Shown here in pieces: positions 15,404 to 28,589 of a stretch of DNA of 64,000 nt; the stretch's first letter is position 1; each line of letters opens with the position of its first letter. The notes under the pieces are model-generated. The model saw nothing but the letters and a program-made list of their open reading frames with translations, did not search any database and had not been told where the DNA came from. This stretch comes from Octopus sinensis (Eukaryota): NCBI RefSeq assembly GCF_006345805.1, contig NC_043013.1, positions 12,524,001-12,588,000 of the forward strand, read 5' to 3'. The translations under genes and the position numbers were made by a program.

Positions 15404-15600
15404 ATACCTGGTTTATCTAAGCTAATTCCTTCCTGCCTTTTTTTTCTATTGTGTCTAGTAATTTTGGAAAATAATTATTATTTGAAGAGGGTTTACCTGA
15501 TTTATCTATCCTCATTCCTACCTGCCTTTTTTCTATTGTATCTAGTAATTTTGGAAAATCATTTATTATTATTATTATTAATTATTATTTGAAGAGGGTT
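15404..15600. repeat. Degenerate local tandem duplication (~90-105 bp x2)
   Basis: TACCTG.TTTATCTA...CCTGCCTTTTTTCTATTGT.TCTAGTAATTTTGGAAAAT...TTATTATTTGAAGAGGGTTT occurs twice in succession. Confidence 0.85.
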
Positions 15601-17819
15601 TGTTTTGGTATCATTCCACTTCTTTTCTGTGATCTAAAGGGTTTATATCTATCTATATATATATGTACATGTGTGGTAGTTTTGTTTTTAAATTCTTGGA
15701 GAATGGAATGACAAAAGTAGAGAAAGATGGTTGGGGGTGGGTGAGAAAAAATTAGGGTTTACTTAAAAATACATCACTAACCGTTATCTAACTAACACCT
15801 GTTGGAATTTTCTTTCCTTTGGCTGCATTTACCTTTACAAAGACCACTCCCTCTCGATACATTCTGATGTTTTTAATCTATATCCTGGTTTTGATTCCTA
15901 CCTACAAATTTCACTTACAGAAATTTCATTCCATGACTAACATTTTTGACAAATGCATGAACTTCACACAATTTCACACAATATATGTATATATATATAT
16001 ATATGTATGTATGTATATATATATATATGCCCCCTCTCCAATTAAAATTTTGAGGCTTTGTTAGATTTTAATATCAATTGTAAGAGTGAGTTCCATTCCA
16101 ACAAAGGGTTTACTTCCTTAAACAGCAAATCAATTCCCACAATGCAGTTTTAACACTTCAATAAATTTCTCCATTTCAGAGGTATGAATGTCACATAATC
16201 TTCCGTTTCTTTCTCCTTCTAATGTCAATGTGTTGCCTTGTTGCTTTTAGTAAGAATTTGTTAATGAAATTCGGAGATGGAGGTGAAATCAGGTTTGATT
16301 TGAAACCGCGAATCCTCTTCGTCTTCACCTTGCCTTTTTACCAAAATGCTGGCCTTCTTAAACATCTTACCTCTTTTAACTTTGATCCCTTTTTTTTTTT
16401 TAATATCCTAGAGAAAATAACTTAAAACTTGTTCTCACTAACCATTTCAAACACCAACAAATTTATAAACCAAAAAACACTCCAGGTGGGGGAAAGTTTT
16501 TTTTCAATATTATTGTTGTTGTTATTATTATTATTGCATATATATAATTTCATATTTCAAAACCTGAGTCCAAAACTTTTCAAAAGTAACAATCGGGTTT
16601 CCAATATTTCCAAGGAAACCCAGAAAAGGTCACCTGTGATAGAGCACACAGTTATAAAACTTATTTGGGACCAATTAATAAACACTCTCATTACTCTTAA
16701 TTAATTATCGTTAGTTCCACTCTTCATCTTCTTCAAACCTTTCATTATGATTTTTTTTTTTTTTTTTTCTTTGAGATTCAGGAATAAATTGAAAAAATAA
16801 TAAACAAATATAAATAATGTGTTAAAGACATTTGAAATATTTCTAGCTTGCTCTCTGCCATTTTTGTTTTCATATCATGTCTGAATTTGTGTTTGTATGC
16901 AGCATTTATTTAAGTGAGCTTAAATGGTTATAAACACTGAACTTTTGTCTAGAGGTAAATTCTTTAAAAAAAACCCACTTAGATGTATATAATTGGGTGT
17001 GTTTTCAACCTTAAGTATACATATATTTATGTCTGTATGTGTATGTATATATATACATACATAGACACATATATATATTTGACATGCATGCATAAACTTA
17101 TATGCAAATGAACACATCTGTAAAGACCATTTATGTATGTGTATTTATGTCCGAGTATTTGGGTCTATATGTCTTTGTATTGGCACCATCTCGGCCAAAA
17201 TAGCAACGCTTGTTTACATCTGTAAGTTCTACATGCTGTAGCTTGGTGGTTTCATTGGTTTTGTCATGTGCAGACAAGTGGATTGAAATATCTTGCTTTA
17301 AAAAAAACAAAAGACACAAAGGTTGGTGATGGAGAGAGCATCCAGCCACAAAAATACCATCTCGATAAGAAGACTGTCTCAACCCATTTATACCATCATG
17401 GTAAAAGCAAACATAGAAATTATCACAATGATAACATTGTGTGTGTGTGTGTGTTTGTATCTGACATACAGTATGGCAAGCCTTGTATGATAAGGGTAAA
17501 CTCACAGCTTTTTGCTGTCATACTTATCATACCACCAACCAATTTTCAGTCACGATTTAAATTATTTTATTTCAGTATATGTAAAACACCGATGCCCCTT
17601 AAAAAGCAGAAGGCATACTCACTCACGATAAAACTTCATTGCCCATCACCATTCACCTCCCTTTTATAAATCTAGAGTCTTATGAAGTCCCTCTATACAT
17701 TATTCATACAATTGCATCACCAATGACCCCCTACAACAATCAAAGTAAACCTATCGTAGACAGGTTTACTTTGTCAAGGATTAACATTGGGGCTAAATAA
17801 CAAACAAACAGATAATCTC

Positions 17820-18051
17820 TTAACCCTTTAGCAACCAGATTATTCTGTCGAATGTAATGCTTATCTATTCACATTATTTTTAATTAACCATGCATTATCT
17901 TGTTGCTTTGAAATTTCATTAAATTAATTGTTTATTTTTACAATGACATTGTAGGGTAGGTATGAGAGACCAGACCTAGCTGGTTTAACACAAAACATAA
18001 AATGTAGAATATTTGGGCCAAATATGGTCAGTTTATATGCTAAAGGGTTAA
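17820..18051. mobile_element. piggyBac-type MITE
   Basis: TTAA-CCCTTTAGCA ... TGCTAAAGGG-TTAA: TTAA target duplication with CCC/GGG termini. A second copy in opposite orientation lies at 28173-28399. Confidence 0.85.
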
Positions 18052-18450
18052 ACTTTAGTGTTTTTTTTTTCTATATCTCAGCTGGGGTTCTTCAGGCCAC
18101 ACTGGACCCTCCACCCCAAATTTACACGGTCTTGGCTTTCAGTAACTTTTTTTTTTACTCCCTTAACAAAGTTACTGATTGATTTTATTAGTCACAAATA
18201 CCTTTCTCTTTTTCATTTTCTATTTTGAGGGTCACTGGGGATAGCCTAAAGGGGTCAATAAAGACGTTGAATCTTTGTTTTCTCTTGACCCTTCACAAAG
18301 CTGATGATGATGATGATGATGACAGTAGTGGTAATGGTGGTGGTGGTTGTGGGGGTGGTAGTGAAGAAATTGCTTACAAAGTAATTATTTCTACATCTTC
18401 CATCTCTATATACAACACTCAACAACAAACTGTTTATATTAAGAACTACA

Positions 18451-18495
<45 letters not shown>

Positions 18496-18529
18496 GTATG
18501 CATATGGTTCTGTGTTTATGTATATGTAT

Positions 18530-19111
18530 ATATATGTGTGCATGTGTATAATAATGAGATCAAAAATTCATTTTAATCATTTTTGATTTAAACTCTAAAA
18601 TAACATTTTCAGGGATTATATTGAACTAAATTAATACTACTACTACTACTACTGTTAATAATAATGATAATAATAATTCTTATTGTTATAATTAATAAAA
18701 CATGAGACTTGTGCAATAATAATTTCAACCATTACATTACTTCCCATTGGAAACAATTTTTTTCTTTATATTCATTAATAATTATAATAATAATAATAAT
18801 GATATAATGATTTCTTTTATTGGCCACAAGGGCCCAAGACTTTGGGACACTGAAGATAATGATGATAATACTAATAATAATTATAACTTTGAGAAAAGTA
18901 AAAAAAAAAAGTAAGAAAAAAATTACACTGTAAAAGAAAAACGGGAAAAAAATAAAATAAAATATTCAAAAAACAATACATACACTGACAATTATGAAAA
19001 CGTGGTTCGTTGTACAAAAAAAGGTGTAATTACATATGTAAATATATATAAGTGTATATATGTGTGTTTGTGTACAGTTGAGCGTAAGTGCATAGATGTA
19101 AATACATAAGC

Positions 19112-19142
<31 letters not shown>

Positions 19143-20055
19143 CATACACACACAAATGTATGAATGTGTGTAGATGCAATAAGCAGATGTAAAGTTAAAT
19201 ACAATTTTTATGTGCAAAAAAGATTTGTGATGAATATAGGTGGGTTTATTCATGCATATATGTGTATATATACACATGCTTATACATAAATGTATATATG
19301 TGTGCATGTGTATAATAATGAGATCAAAAATTCATTTTAATCATTTTTGATTTAAACTCTAAAATAACATTTTCAGGGATTATATTGAACTAAATTAATA
19401 CTACTACTACTACTACTGTTAATAATAATGATAATAATAATTCTTATTGTTATAATTAATAAAACATGAGACTTGTGCAATAATAATTTCAACCATTACA
19501 TTACTTCCCATTGGAAACAATTTTTTTCTTTATATTCATTAATAATTATAATAATAATAATAATGATATAATGATTTCTTTTATTGGCCACAAGGGCCCA
19601 AGACTTGGGACACTGAAGATAATGATGATAATACTAATAATAATTATAACTTTGAGAAAAGTAAAAAAAAAAAGTAAGAAAAAAATTACACTGTAAAAGA
19701 AAAACGGGAAAAAAAAAAAATAAAATAAAATATTCAAAAAACAATACATACACTGACAATTATGAAAACGTGGTTCGTTGTACAAAAAAAGGTGTAATTA
19801 CATATGTAAATATATATAAGTGTATATATGTGTGTTTGTGTACAGTTGAGCGTAAGTGCATAGATGTAAATACATAAGCGTGTGTGTGTATATATATATA
19901 TATATATACATACACACACAAATGTATGAATGTGTGTAGATGCAATAAGCAGATGTAAAGTTAAATACAATTTTTATGTGCAAAAAAGATTTGTGATGAA
20001 TATAGGTGGGTTTATTCATGCATATATGTGTATATATACACATGCTTATACATAT
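18530..20055. repeat. Near-perfect tandem duplication, two ~765 bp units
   Basis: CATGTGTATAATAATGAGATCAAAAATTC at 18541 and 19305. The body is identical apart from homopolymer and microsatellite length changes. Confidence 0.95.
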
Positions 20056-20369
20056 ATATATGTGTGTATATGGGAAGAAAACCCTTAGAATCATCTACAC
20101 ACCTAAGCTGTTGTTAAACTTTTTAATGCCTTTTTTCTCTGCCTTGTGTGCATATATATATACATAAATGTGTGCATATATGTGTGTGTGTGTGTTTTTA
20201 TGAAAGCCATCAAATCAGTGAATGAGACACAAAAATTAATAAACAAAACCTATTTTTTTAACTGAATATTTGGTTGATACTGCTGGAGAAAGAACTTTAT
20301 ATGTATACATCACATATATATATATATATACATATATACACACACATATATATAATATACATATGTATA

Positions 20370-20414
<45 letters not shown>

Positions 20415-20689
20415 ATATATACATATATATATTATGTATATATACACCCTACTATACAAAACTGTCTTTGCTGTTTGAATGTGTGTATATATATATATAT
20501 ATATATATGTGTATATAGTCTTGCGCTTCGTGTTCTGCCTTCATGTTATGCTAGAGTTTTCTTTTTAATTTTTTTTTGTAATCTAAATCAAAGGAACAAA
20601 AAAAAAATAACATTTGTTTTTTCCCATAATGCATTATTAGTATATCCATATTTTGAGATACAGTATCAAACACATTTTCTTCTATACCA

Positions 20690-20951
20690 CACTTCCGATA
20701 CATCTATTAATAATATATATATATATATATACATATATATACACATATATATATATACGCATATATATATATACACATATATATATATATACACATATAT
20801 ATATATACACATATATATATATACACATATATATATATACACATATATATATATACACATATATATATATACACATATATATATATATGTGTGTGTGTGT
20901 ATGTATATATGATGTGTGTGTGTATATGTATATATGATATATGTGTATGTA

Positions 20952-20985
<34 letters not shown>

Positions 20986-21097
20986 ATATATATACATATA
21001 TGTATAGTCAATTTGAGGATGTCAGGTCCTCAATAGATGTTAAATAATATATTAGATATATATATATATGTATATATATTTATGATATATATTTATG

Positions 21098-21131
<34 letters not shown>

Positions 21132-21591
21132 TACATATATATATATGCAGTATACATATAATATACATCCATATTATTGTTGTCTCTGTTGGTGCTGCCT
21201 CAATTTCTTCCAATTTTCTTTTATAAATCTGTGTATATTGTTAAAACTCTTTATCTTTCCATCTTCCATTTTCTGTCTTTATTGTTTGTTTTTGTTTTTT
21301 TTTTTCCTACTCATCTTTACTTTTTTTTTAGAGGATACAGAATATTTAATAATCAAAAAAAAAAAGAAAGACCTCCTCTGATAATCAAATTAAATAAATT
21401 ATTCCTTATATGGGTAAAAAGGAGTTGAAGGACCTGCTCCTGATTTTGCAAGCAAAACAAAAACAAAACATTTTTTTATTTTTCCTTTAGTTCAAATAAT
21501 CTTTTCCATATATCTCTCTGTCAAACATACACACACATACATACATACAAATATATATATATACATATATACACATATATATACATATGTG

Positions 21592-21655
<64 letters not shown>

Positions 21656-21707
21656 CATATTATATATATATATATATATATATTAATATATATATATATA
21701 CTATATA

Positions 21708-21789
<82 letters not shown>

Positions 21790-21804
21790 CATATATATAC
21801 ATAC

Positions 21805-21880
<76 letters not shown>
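20690..21880. repeat. Large (TA)n/(TACA)n dinucleotide blocks (20690-21160, 21540-21880)
   Basis: Direct reading. They generate the Y/I/T-rich pseudo-ORFs. Confidence 0.95.
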
Positions 21881-21887
<7 letters not shown>

Positions 21888-22596
21888 GAGTTCTGTTTGT
21901 GCTGATGTGAAGTAACTTTCTCTCTTCAGAATCTTCATTATCAAGGAGTTCTTATATTCAATGTACTCATGTTGCAGAAACATTTCTATTGTTACTTTTT
22001 TAACCTTCTATGTAAAAGAAAATTTACTATGCTCCTACTGCAAACTATCTATCTACTCTGCCTGTCTCAATGTCACTCTGTCAGTATACATACATACATA
22101 CATACATTACTATACATATATATTATAAAACTGCTTCCTGTCTCTTGTATTAATATATAGATATGCAATTACAGATATTTCATCAGAATTTTTAAAATCT
22201 GAACTGTTGTATTGTTGACCAAAACAAACATAGTAATATTGTTTTCAGCTGTTTTCTCTTATTTTTTAACTTTTAGTTGGGTTTTTTTTTTTATCCCTCT
22301 TCCAAACTTAACTGAAAATAAATATAAAAGCTTTCAAAAGAAATCTCTGTCAAAACAAACAAATAAAAACAAATTAATTTATTAAATAATCTTCGTTGAT
22401 TAAAAACGGAAAAAAATGTATAACTTTTAACCTGTATGTTAACTCGGGCTGAATGTTAAGGAACTAAAGGTAAATTCATTGTTTACACACATGCACACAC
22501 ACAGGTATATATTCAGATGTGTATATGTATATACTCATTGATACATGATGATCCTTACTGTCTATTCAAAGACAAAGAATGTTTTTTTTCAATACT

Positions 22597-22680
22597 TGGC
22601 ATCTCTGATGAGCACAGTTATTAGATAATCATCTGATTACCTAATATCCAGTGCGAAACCGATGATAAGATTGGCTGTAA
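22597..22680 (+). ncRNA. Type I hammerhead ribozyme-like motif, one mismatch from canonical
   Basis: CTGATGA (22605-22611); stem II GCAC/GTGC extended by ATTAG/CTAAT and TAATC/GATTA; GAAAC (22655-22659); putative cleavage triplet ATA (22665-22667); stem I ATCT/AGAT. Stem III has a C.A mismatch. Confidence 0.5.
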
Positions 22681-22757
22681 TAAATCTATAATACTGTACA
22701 CTTTGATGAATCTATACATATAAATATGCTAGTCTTCAATCTTTGATATATATATAA

Positions 22758-22795
<38 letters not shown>

Positions 22796-24075
22796 CCTCT
22801 TGTTATTGTTTCCTTCATCGTGCTTTTGCTCTCTGCCCCTTTTTGTCTTCCACTTCTCCAAGACCTATTGTTTTAAAGTAGAGACCAGTTTCTTCCTATT
22901 TATTGCTTTATACTTAGGGCAATGTCCAGTTCTTCCAGTTGGCACATGCATTTGCATTTCAGCTAAAACAATAGAATTTTGATTATTTTTCTATGACAGT
23001 TATTATCATTAATATCATTATTATTATTATTATTGTTTTCTTTATAATAAGAATTTTTTTTCCCTTTTTACATTTAAAATGCCTTTTTTCGTTCTATATG
23101 TGTTATATTATGATTATTTTTTAATAAATATTTCTATACTTCTGCTAATACTACTACTACTCCTAGTATTATTACTGGTCATCAAAAATCATTATTATCA
23201 TTATCATGTTAATTATTTTGGCAATTCTCTTTTAACAGCTTCAGGACAAAAAGTTTTTTGGTGGGTTATAATAATAATAATAACAACAATAATTTCTTTT
23301 ATTGGCCACAAGGGCTCATTTATATATTACAATATATCTACTACTTCTATTACCAATATTACTAATAATAATAATAATATCAATAGTAATAACAAGGGCT
23401 GTGAAGTAACAAACATTAGAGCTACACAGAATGCATCACGATAGTTAGTCTTTACATTCCGTGTTCAAATCTCATCAAATTCAGCATTTTTTTTTTTGTC
23501 TTGGGGTCCAATGGAAAAAGTACACTTAACTAAGGTTGATTTAAGTGACTATAAATATATATGTATACACACACACACATATCCTTCCTTCTAAATTTGA
23601 ACCCTAAAGCCAGTGTTTATAATTAATGATAACAACAGCAAAACCAATTATTTGTGATAATTTGAAAGTAGAGTGAAATACATCTGACATTTATTTGCAT
23701 ACATGTTAACAAAGCACTTGTATTAACAATTTTGACCCCTTACTGGTTATCCTGCTTTTCTTCTTTCTCAGTTCCTTATAGAAATAAATACATCCTCATC
23801 ATTATCATTTTAGTGCCCATTTTCTCCATGTCATTTACAAATAAATGACACCGCTTATAGAACAGTGAGGTTTGTCTACAATTGGTACACAGTGTCATGG
23901 CAAGGAGACACATATGTTCAAAACCATGATGAGGCTCTGAACATGAACCAATACCAGTTAAATTAATTCTACATATTAAAATGTATTGAGTACTTCAGTA
24001 CAATAATTTTGTTGTCATTGTCTTCCAATATAAATTCCTCCAATCTTTGTTCATACCAAGATTTTCATTTCCATT

Positions 24076-24135
<60 letters not shown>

Positions 24136-24137
24136 CA

Positions 24138-24693
24138 TTGAGTGAGAGAGCAGTGCATGCCATCAAAGTTACACTGGGGTAAAATATACAAAGCCCGGTT
24201 TATCCATCATGACTACCCGTCTGATAAGGGTACACTAGGCACATGCATCACAACCTTATGTGCATGACATGGTGATCTCATATCAAGATAAACAGTTTAT
24301 GACCTTGCAAGTGGGGCCCAGTTAGATTTTTCTTCAGGTCAAGTAGCCCATCCCACTCAAAAGGTCCCTAAATAAGGGCTGCTTAAGGATGTTGAACAAA
24401 ACATCCATGTTTCCAAAGATGAATTATCCAAACCCCAAAGAATTCTTCTCAAAACATGGCTGTGATGCTCCCCCACTACTTCTGCTCGTGATCAGAGATA
24501 CTCATGTCACCAGCCACCAAGGGACATGCTCAACTGGTTACAGTCAAACGACTGACAAGCAAATCTGTGGTATTGAGCGGAATATTTGCTGCAGCCCAAT
24601 TTTTATACAAAGACAAAACAATGTACATGATAACACTTCCAACCAGTTAAGATTAGAAGCCATGAGAGCCACTGCCTGGTACTGCATCAGGGC

Positions 24694-24695
<2 letters not shown>
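24138..24695 (-). mobile_element. Family C non-coding element (~560 bp), full length, inserted in (AAT)n
   Basis: Flanked on both sides by (ATT)n. Matches partial copies at 27331-27550 and 63053-63289. No tRNA head, and the ORF track lists no ORF on this strand. Confidence 0.8.
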
Positions 24696-24727
<32 letters not shown>

Positions 24728-25389
24728 TTGGTTATTATTATTGTGAGGTGTTAGTCTTAGTTAATTCACTAGAACACTAGGCTAAAATACATTGATGCAT
24801 ACAAATCTAGTGAACTTTCCATGGTCATATAACATGTCTGACATAGCAGCTAGCTAAACCTCTTTCAAATTATACCTGATCATCATCTTAGGAAAAAAAA
24901 AGAGTTGGGTGGGAGCACACTGGATAATATAGCCTAGATCCATAATACCTGAGAGGACAGGATGGTCATAACTGGAATGCCTATGGTTTGTATTAGGCTT
25001 GATAACGAAGTGTTTTGATTCATTCACATCAATTAAGCCAATGTAGTCAATTTAAGAGAAGTACCAGTAATATACTCAGTCTGCTTTCAGATTATTATTG
25101 CTTCTGCCCACCCACCCTCTTTACCTTTCACACATACACAAATTATTCTTCTGATAAAACTTGAACTTCTACAGCAATAAGGACCCGTTATTTCAACACC
25201 CAAGGACCTTGCGAGTGAAGGTTTCCATCAAGGGATAAAGCGCCATTCTTGAATATTTTTCGTTACATAATAGGGGCTAGCTATACTTCATTTTCATTGT
25301 TCTTTTGGTAGACCTTTTGGTAAAGATTTGAACATCATTTTCCTTACCATCTTCCTTGTAATGATCTCAGGTGCCATGCCCATCTTTTA

Positions 25390-25725
25390 CCTTCTGCTTG
25401 TGTCACTCATTTGACTGTGGCCATGCTGGGGCATAGCTTTGACGGGTTGGGCTTTAGTCGAATGAATCAACCCCGGGATATTTTTTTTTAGGGCTAGTAC
25501 TAATTCTATCAGTCTTTTATGCTAAACAGCTAAGTTATGGGGACTCCAACACTGGTTGTCAAGCGGTAGTAGGGGACAAACAGACACAGATATATACATA
25601 TAATATATATGACAGGCTTCTTTCAGTTTCCATCTACCAAATCCACTCACAAAGCTTTGGTTGAGGACACATGCCCAAGGTGCCACACGGTGGGACTGAA
25701 CCTGGAACCATGTGATTGGGTAGTG
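25390..25725 (-). mobile_element. tRNA-derived SINE, family B, decayed
   Basis: Reverse complement of ...TTGGGCA.GTGTC...AAAGCTTTGTGAGTGGATTTGGTAGATGGAAACTGAAAGAAGCC...CAGCATGGCCACAGTCAAATGA. Confidence 0.85.
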
Positions 25726-25944
25726 TTTTTCCTCTTTTCAGAGGTTCAGAAAATCTTGGCTTTTCATGAATTTCCACATCAACTTTAGGCTTCCTGGAAG
25801 CTAAGGAGGCTACTATAAGACAGGAATATTCAGTTCTGGACTCGGTTCTTCCTCAGTTTTCTTTTCATCATAACAGGAATCAATAAAATAAAGTACCAGT
25901 TAAATAATCTGTACCCAGAAATTTGTGACTTTATACCAATATTC

Positions 25945-26320
25945 TTTTCTACTCTAGACACAAGGCTGGAAATTTTGAGGGAGGGGACAAGTTGATTAGA
26001 TCAACCCCAGTACACAACTGGTACTTAATTTATCAGCCCCAAAAGGACGAAAAGCAAAGTCAACTTCGGCGAAATTTGAATTCAGAACGTGAAGACAGAC
26101 GAAATACCGTTAAGCATTTCGCCTGGTGTGCTAACATTTCTGCCAGCATACCGCCTTCTGCTTTATACCAGTTCTGAGTTCAAATGCCACCAAGGTCGAC
26201 TTTGCCTTTCATCCTTTCGGGGTCAATGAAATGAAACAGTAATCAAATACAGGATTTGATATATTCAGCTGACCTCTCCTACGAAGATTGCTGGCTTTGT
26301 GCTTAAATTAGAAACCACTA
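25945..26320. mobile_element. Inverted pair of family A SINEs (minus copy 25945-26155, plus copy 26170-26320)
   Basis: TCAACTTCGGCGAAATTTGAATTCAGAAC (~26061) is the reverse complement of TTCTGAGTTCAAATGCCACCAAGGTCGAC (~26172). Confidence 0.8.
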
Positions 26321-27052
26321 TTATTAGTATTATACCTGGATTTGGTAGAATTATTTAAAGCAAATGAAAATGCCTCACTATATTCCTTGAAACTTAGTCT
26401 AGGTCATGTACAGGGGTTGATCATATCAACTAACCTTTTCTACTGAAAATTGTTGGCCTTATGCCTGTGTCAGAAGCCATTGCTATTATTATTAGTATTA
26501 TCATCTTCATTATTATTATTATTATTTCAAATTCTGCCAGAATCAGCTTTGCCTTTCATTCTTTTGGAGTTTATTAAATAAGTACCACCAGTGAAACACT
26601 GGGGTCATTGTAATCAATTAGTCCCCCTTCCCCAAAATTTCAGGCCTTGTGCCTTTAGTAGAAAGGATTGTTATTATTATTCATATAAATTGGCGTAAAA
26701 CTATCGACAAGGCTAACTTAAACCCATAACCTTGTGGTTCATTTTACAACTAGGGTCAGCTTTATATTTACATTCACCCACCCCTAATCCACTTTCCGGG
26801 GCCAGTAGAATAATACCAGTAAAATAATGACTATTTAGAAATATTTTACTTGACTTGTTTTTTTTTCCCATTGCCTTGTGAAAAAAATTACTTACATCAT
26901 CATCATCAACAGCATCATCATCGTCGTCATCATTATAATGATCATTTGGACCAAAAGTCCGTTTCAGTCTTTCCATTCCTCTGTCCTGTGTCTTCCAAAA
27001 TATTCCTGTTAATTTTATTAACGAACTACATCTTTCACATTTCTCTTTCTCT

Positions 27053-27085
<33 letters not shown>

Positions 27086-27330
27086 TTGTTCTTCAAACAT
27101 TTACTTGCATGCTTACTTACAAATGCAGAAGGGGGGTTAATCTAAAACTTTTTTTCAAGGGATTCTGTTTCCAATTCCTTAAGTACCAGTAATACACTGC
27201 TGTTAAAAATAAAAGTAAAGCAACATTGAATGCACATTTCCCTTACAAAGGATATGACTTTTCCCTAGTTGAAAGAAAATATTATTATTATTATTATTAT
27301 TATCATTATTATTATTATTATTATTATTAA

Positions 27331-27550
27331 CGAGTGAGAGAGCAGTGCATGCCATCAAAGTGACATTGGGGTACAACCATACAAAGCTCAATATGCACAA
27401 CACGACTAGCATCTAATTAGGGTACACCAGATATGCACATCACAACCATATGTGCATAACATAGTGATCTCATATCAAGATAAACAGCACATGACTTTGC
27501 AGGTGGGGCCCACTTAGAATTTTCTTCATGTAGCCCATCCTACTCAAAAG
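27331..27550 (-). mobile_element. Family C element, 5'-truncated
   Basis: GAGTGAGAGAGCAGTGCATGCCATCAAAGTGACA... matches the first part of 24138-24695 up to CTCAAAAG. Flanked by (ATT)n. Confidence 0.85.
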
Positions 27551-27579
27551 ATTATTATCATTATTATTATTATTTCAAA

Positions 27580-27784
27580 GGCAGCAAGTTGGCGGAATCA
27601 TTAGCACGCCAGGCAAAATGCTTCGTGTCCTGAGTTCAAATTCTGCCGAGGTCGACTTTGCCTTTCATCCTTTCAGAGTTGATAAAATAAGTACCAGTAG
27701 GGTAGGGGGGTGGGGGTGGTCAATCTAATTGACTATCCCCTTCCCCAAAATTTCTGGCCTTCTGCCTATAGCAGAAAGGATTAC

Positions 27785-27815
<31 letters not shown>

Positions 27816-27960
27816 TCAAATCTTGCTGAGGTCAGCTTTGTCTTTAATCCTTCCTGAGTCAGTAAAGTAAAGTACCAGTCAAATACTTGGGGATGGGTCC
27901 TTTGATATTGTTTATGTTCACCTCACACACACACACACCATTTGTGGCCTTGTGCCAATG
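27580..27960 (+). mobile_element. Two family A SINE copies, head to tail
   Basis: GGCAGCAAGTTGGCGGAATC...GAGTTCAAATTCTGCCGAGGTCGAC...AGAAAGG(ATT)n, followed by a second partial copy. Confidence 0.8.
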
Positions 27961-28172
27961 AATGAGATCCAGATAATTACATTAATTAAAGAAAATTTTT
28001 TAAATAATGAAGCAAAGCTTGAAGATCCAAGCAATCCTGTTTCAATTCCTACATGAAACCACTGAATCTGCACCACTTAGATTTTTTTTTTAATATTTTG
28101 GGAGAGGCATGAATGTCACATAAGCTTGGTTTTTTTTTTTTTTTTTAGGAACCATAAATTTATTCCTATGTA

Positions 28173-28399
28173 TTAACCCTTTAGCATTTTAACAGGCCAT
28201 ATTCAGCCCAAATATTCTACCTTGTTTTATTTTCGAACTGGCCAGATCAGTCTCTCACACCTACCCTACAATGTCATTCTAAAAATAAGACATCACATCA
28301 TCAAAATCTCTAAGCCATAGAGATAATACATAATTAATTCAAAACAATGTGAATTAATAACCATCACATTTGACAGTAATCTGAATGCTAAATGGTTAA
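28173..28399. mobile_element. piggyBac-type MITE, second copy
   Basis: TTAA-CCCTTTAGCATT ... AATGCTAAATGG-TTAA. The internal sequence is the reverse complement of 17820-18051. Confidence 0.85.
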
Positions 28400-28589
28400 A
28401 CTGTTATATATGCATACACATCATACAAATATACACCCTAGAAATTTACAGGGCTCTTTGGCCCCCACTCCAGGTACTGAGAATAGGGCTACTTATAGTA
28501 TTTTCCGCATTTAACCATTTCATTTCTTGTCATGAACATTATTATCATCATCATCAAGAGACAGAAATTGTTGCAAGAATTTAGTTATA

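Noticed and set aside
17131-17300. Protein-like minus ORF and plus-strand GTAAGT donor
   Set aside because: The plus strand loosely resembles a very decayed family B SINE tail, and there is no consistent exon structure.
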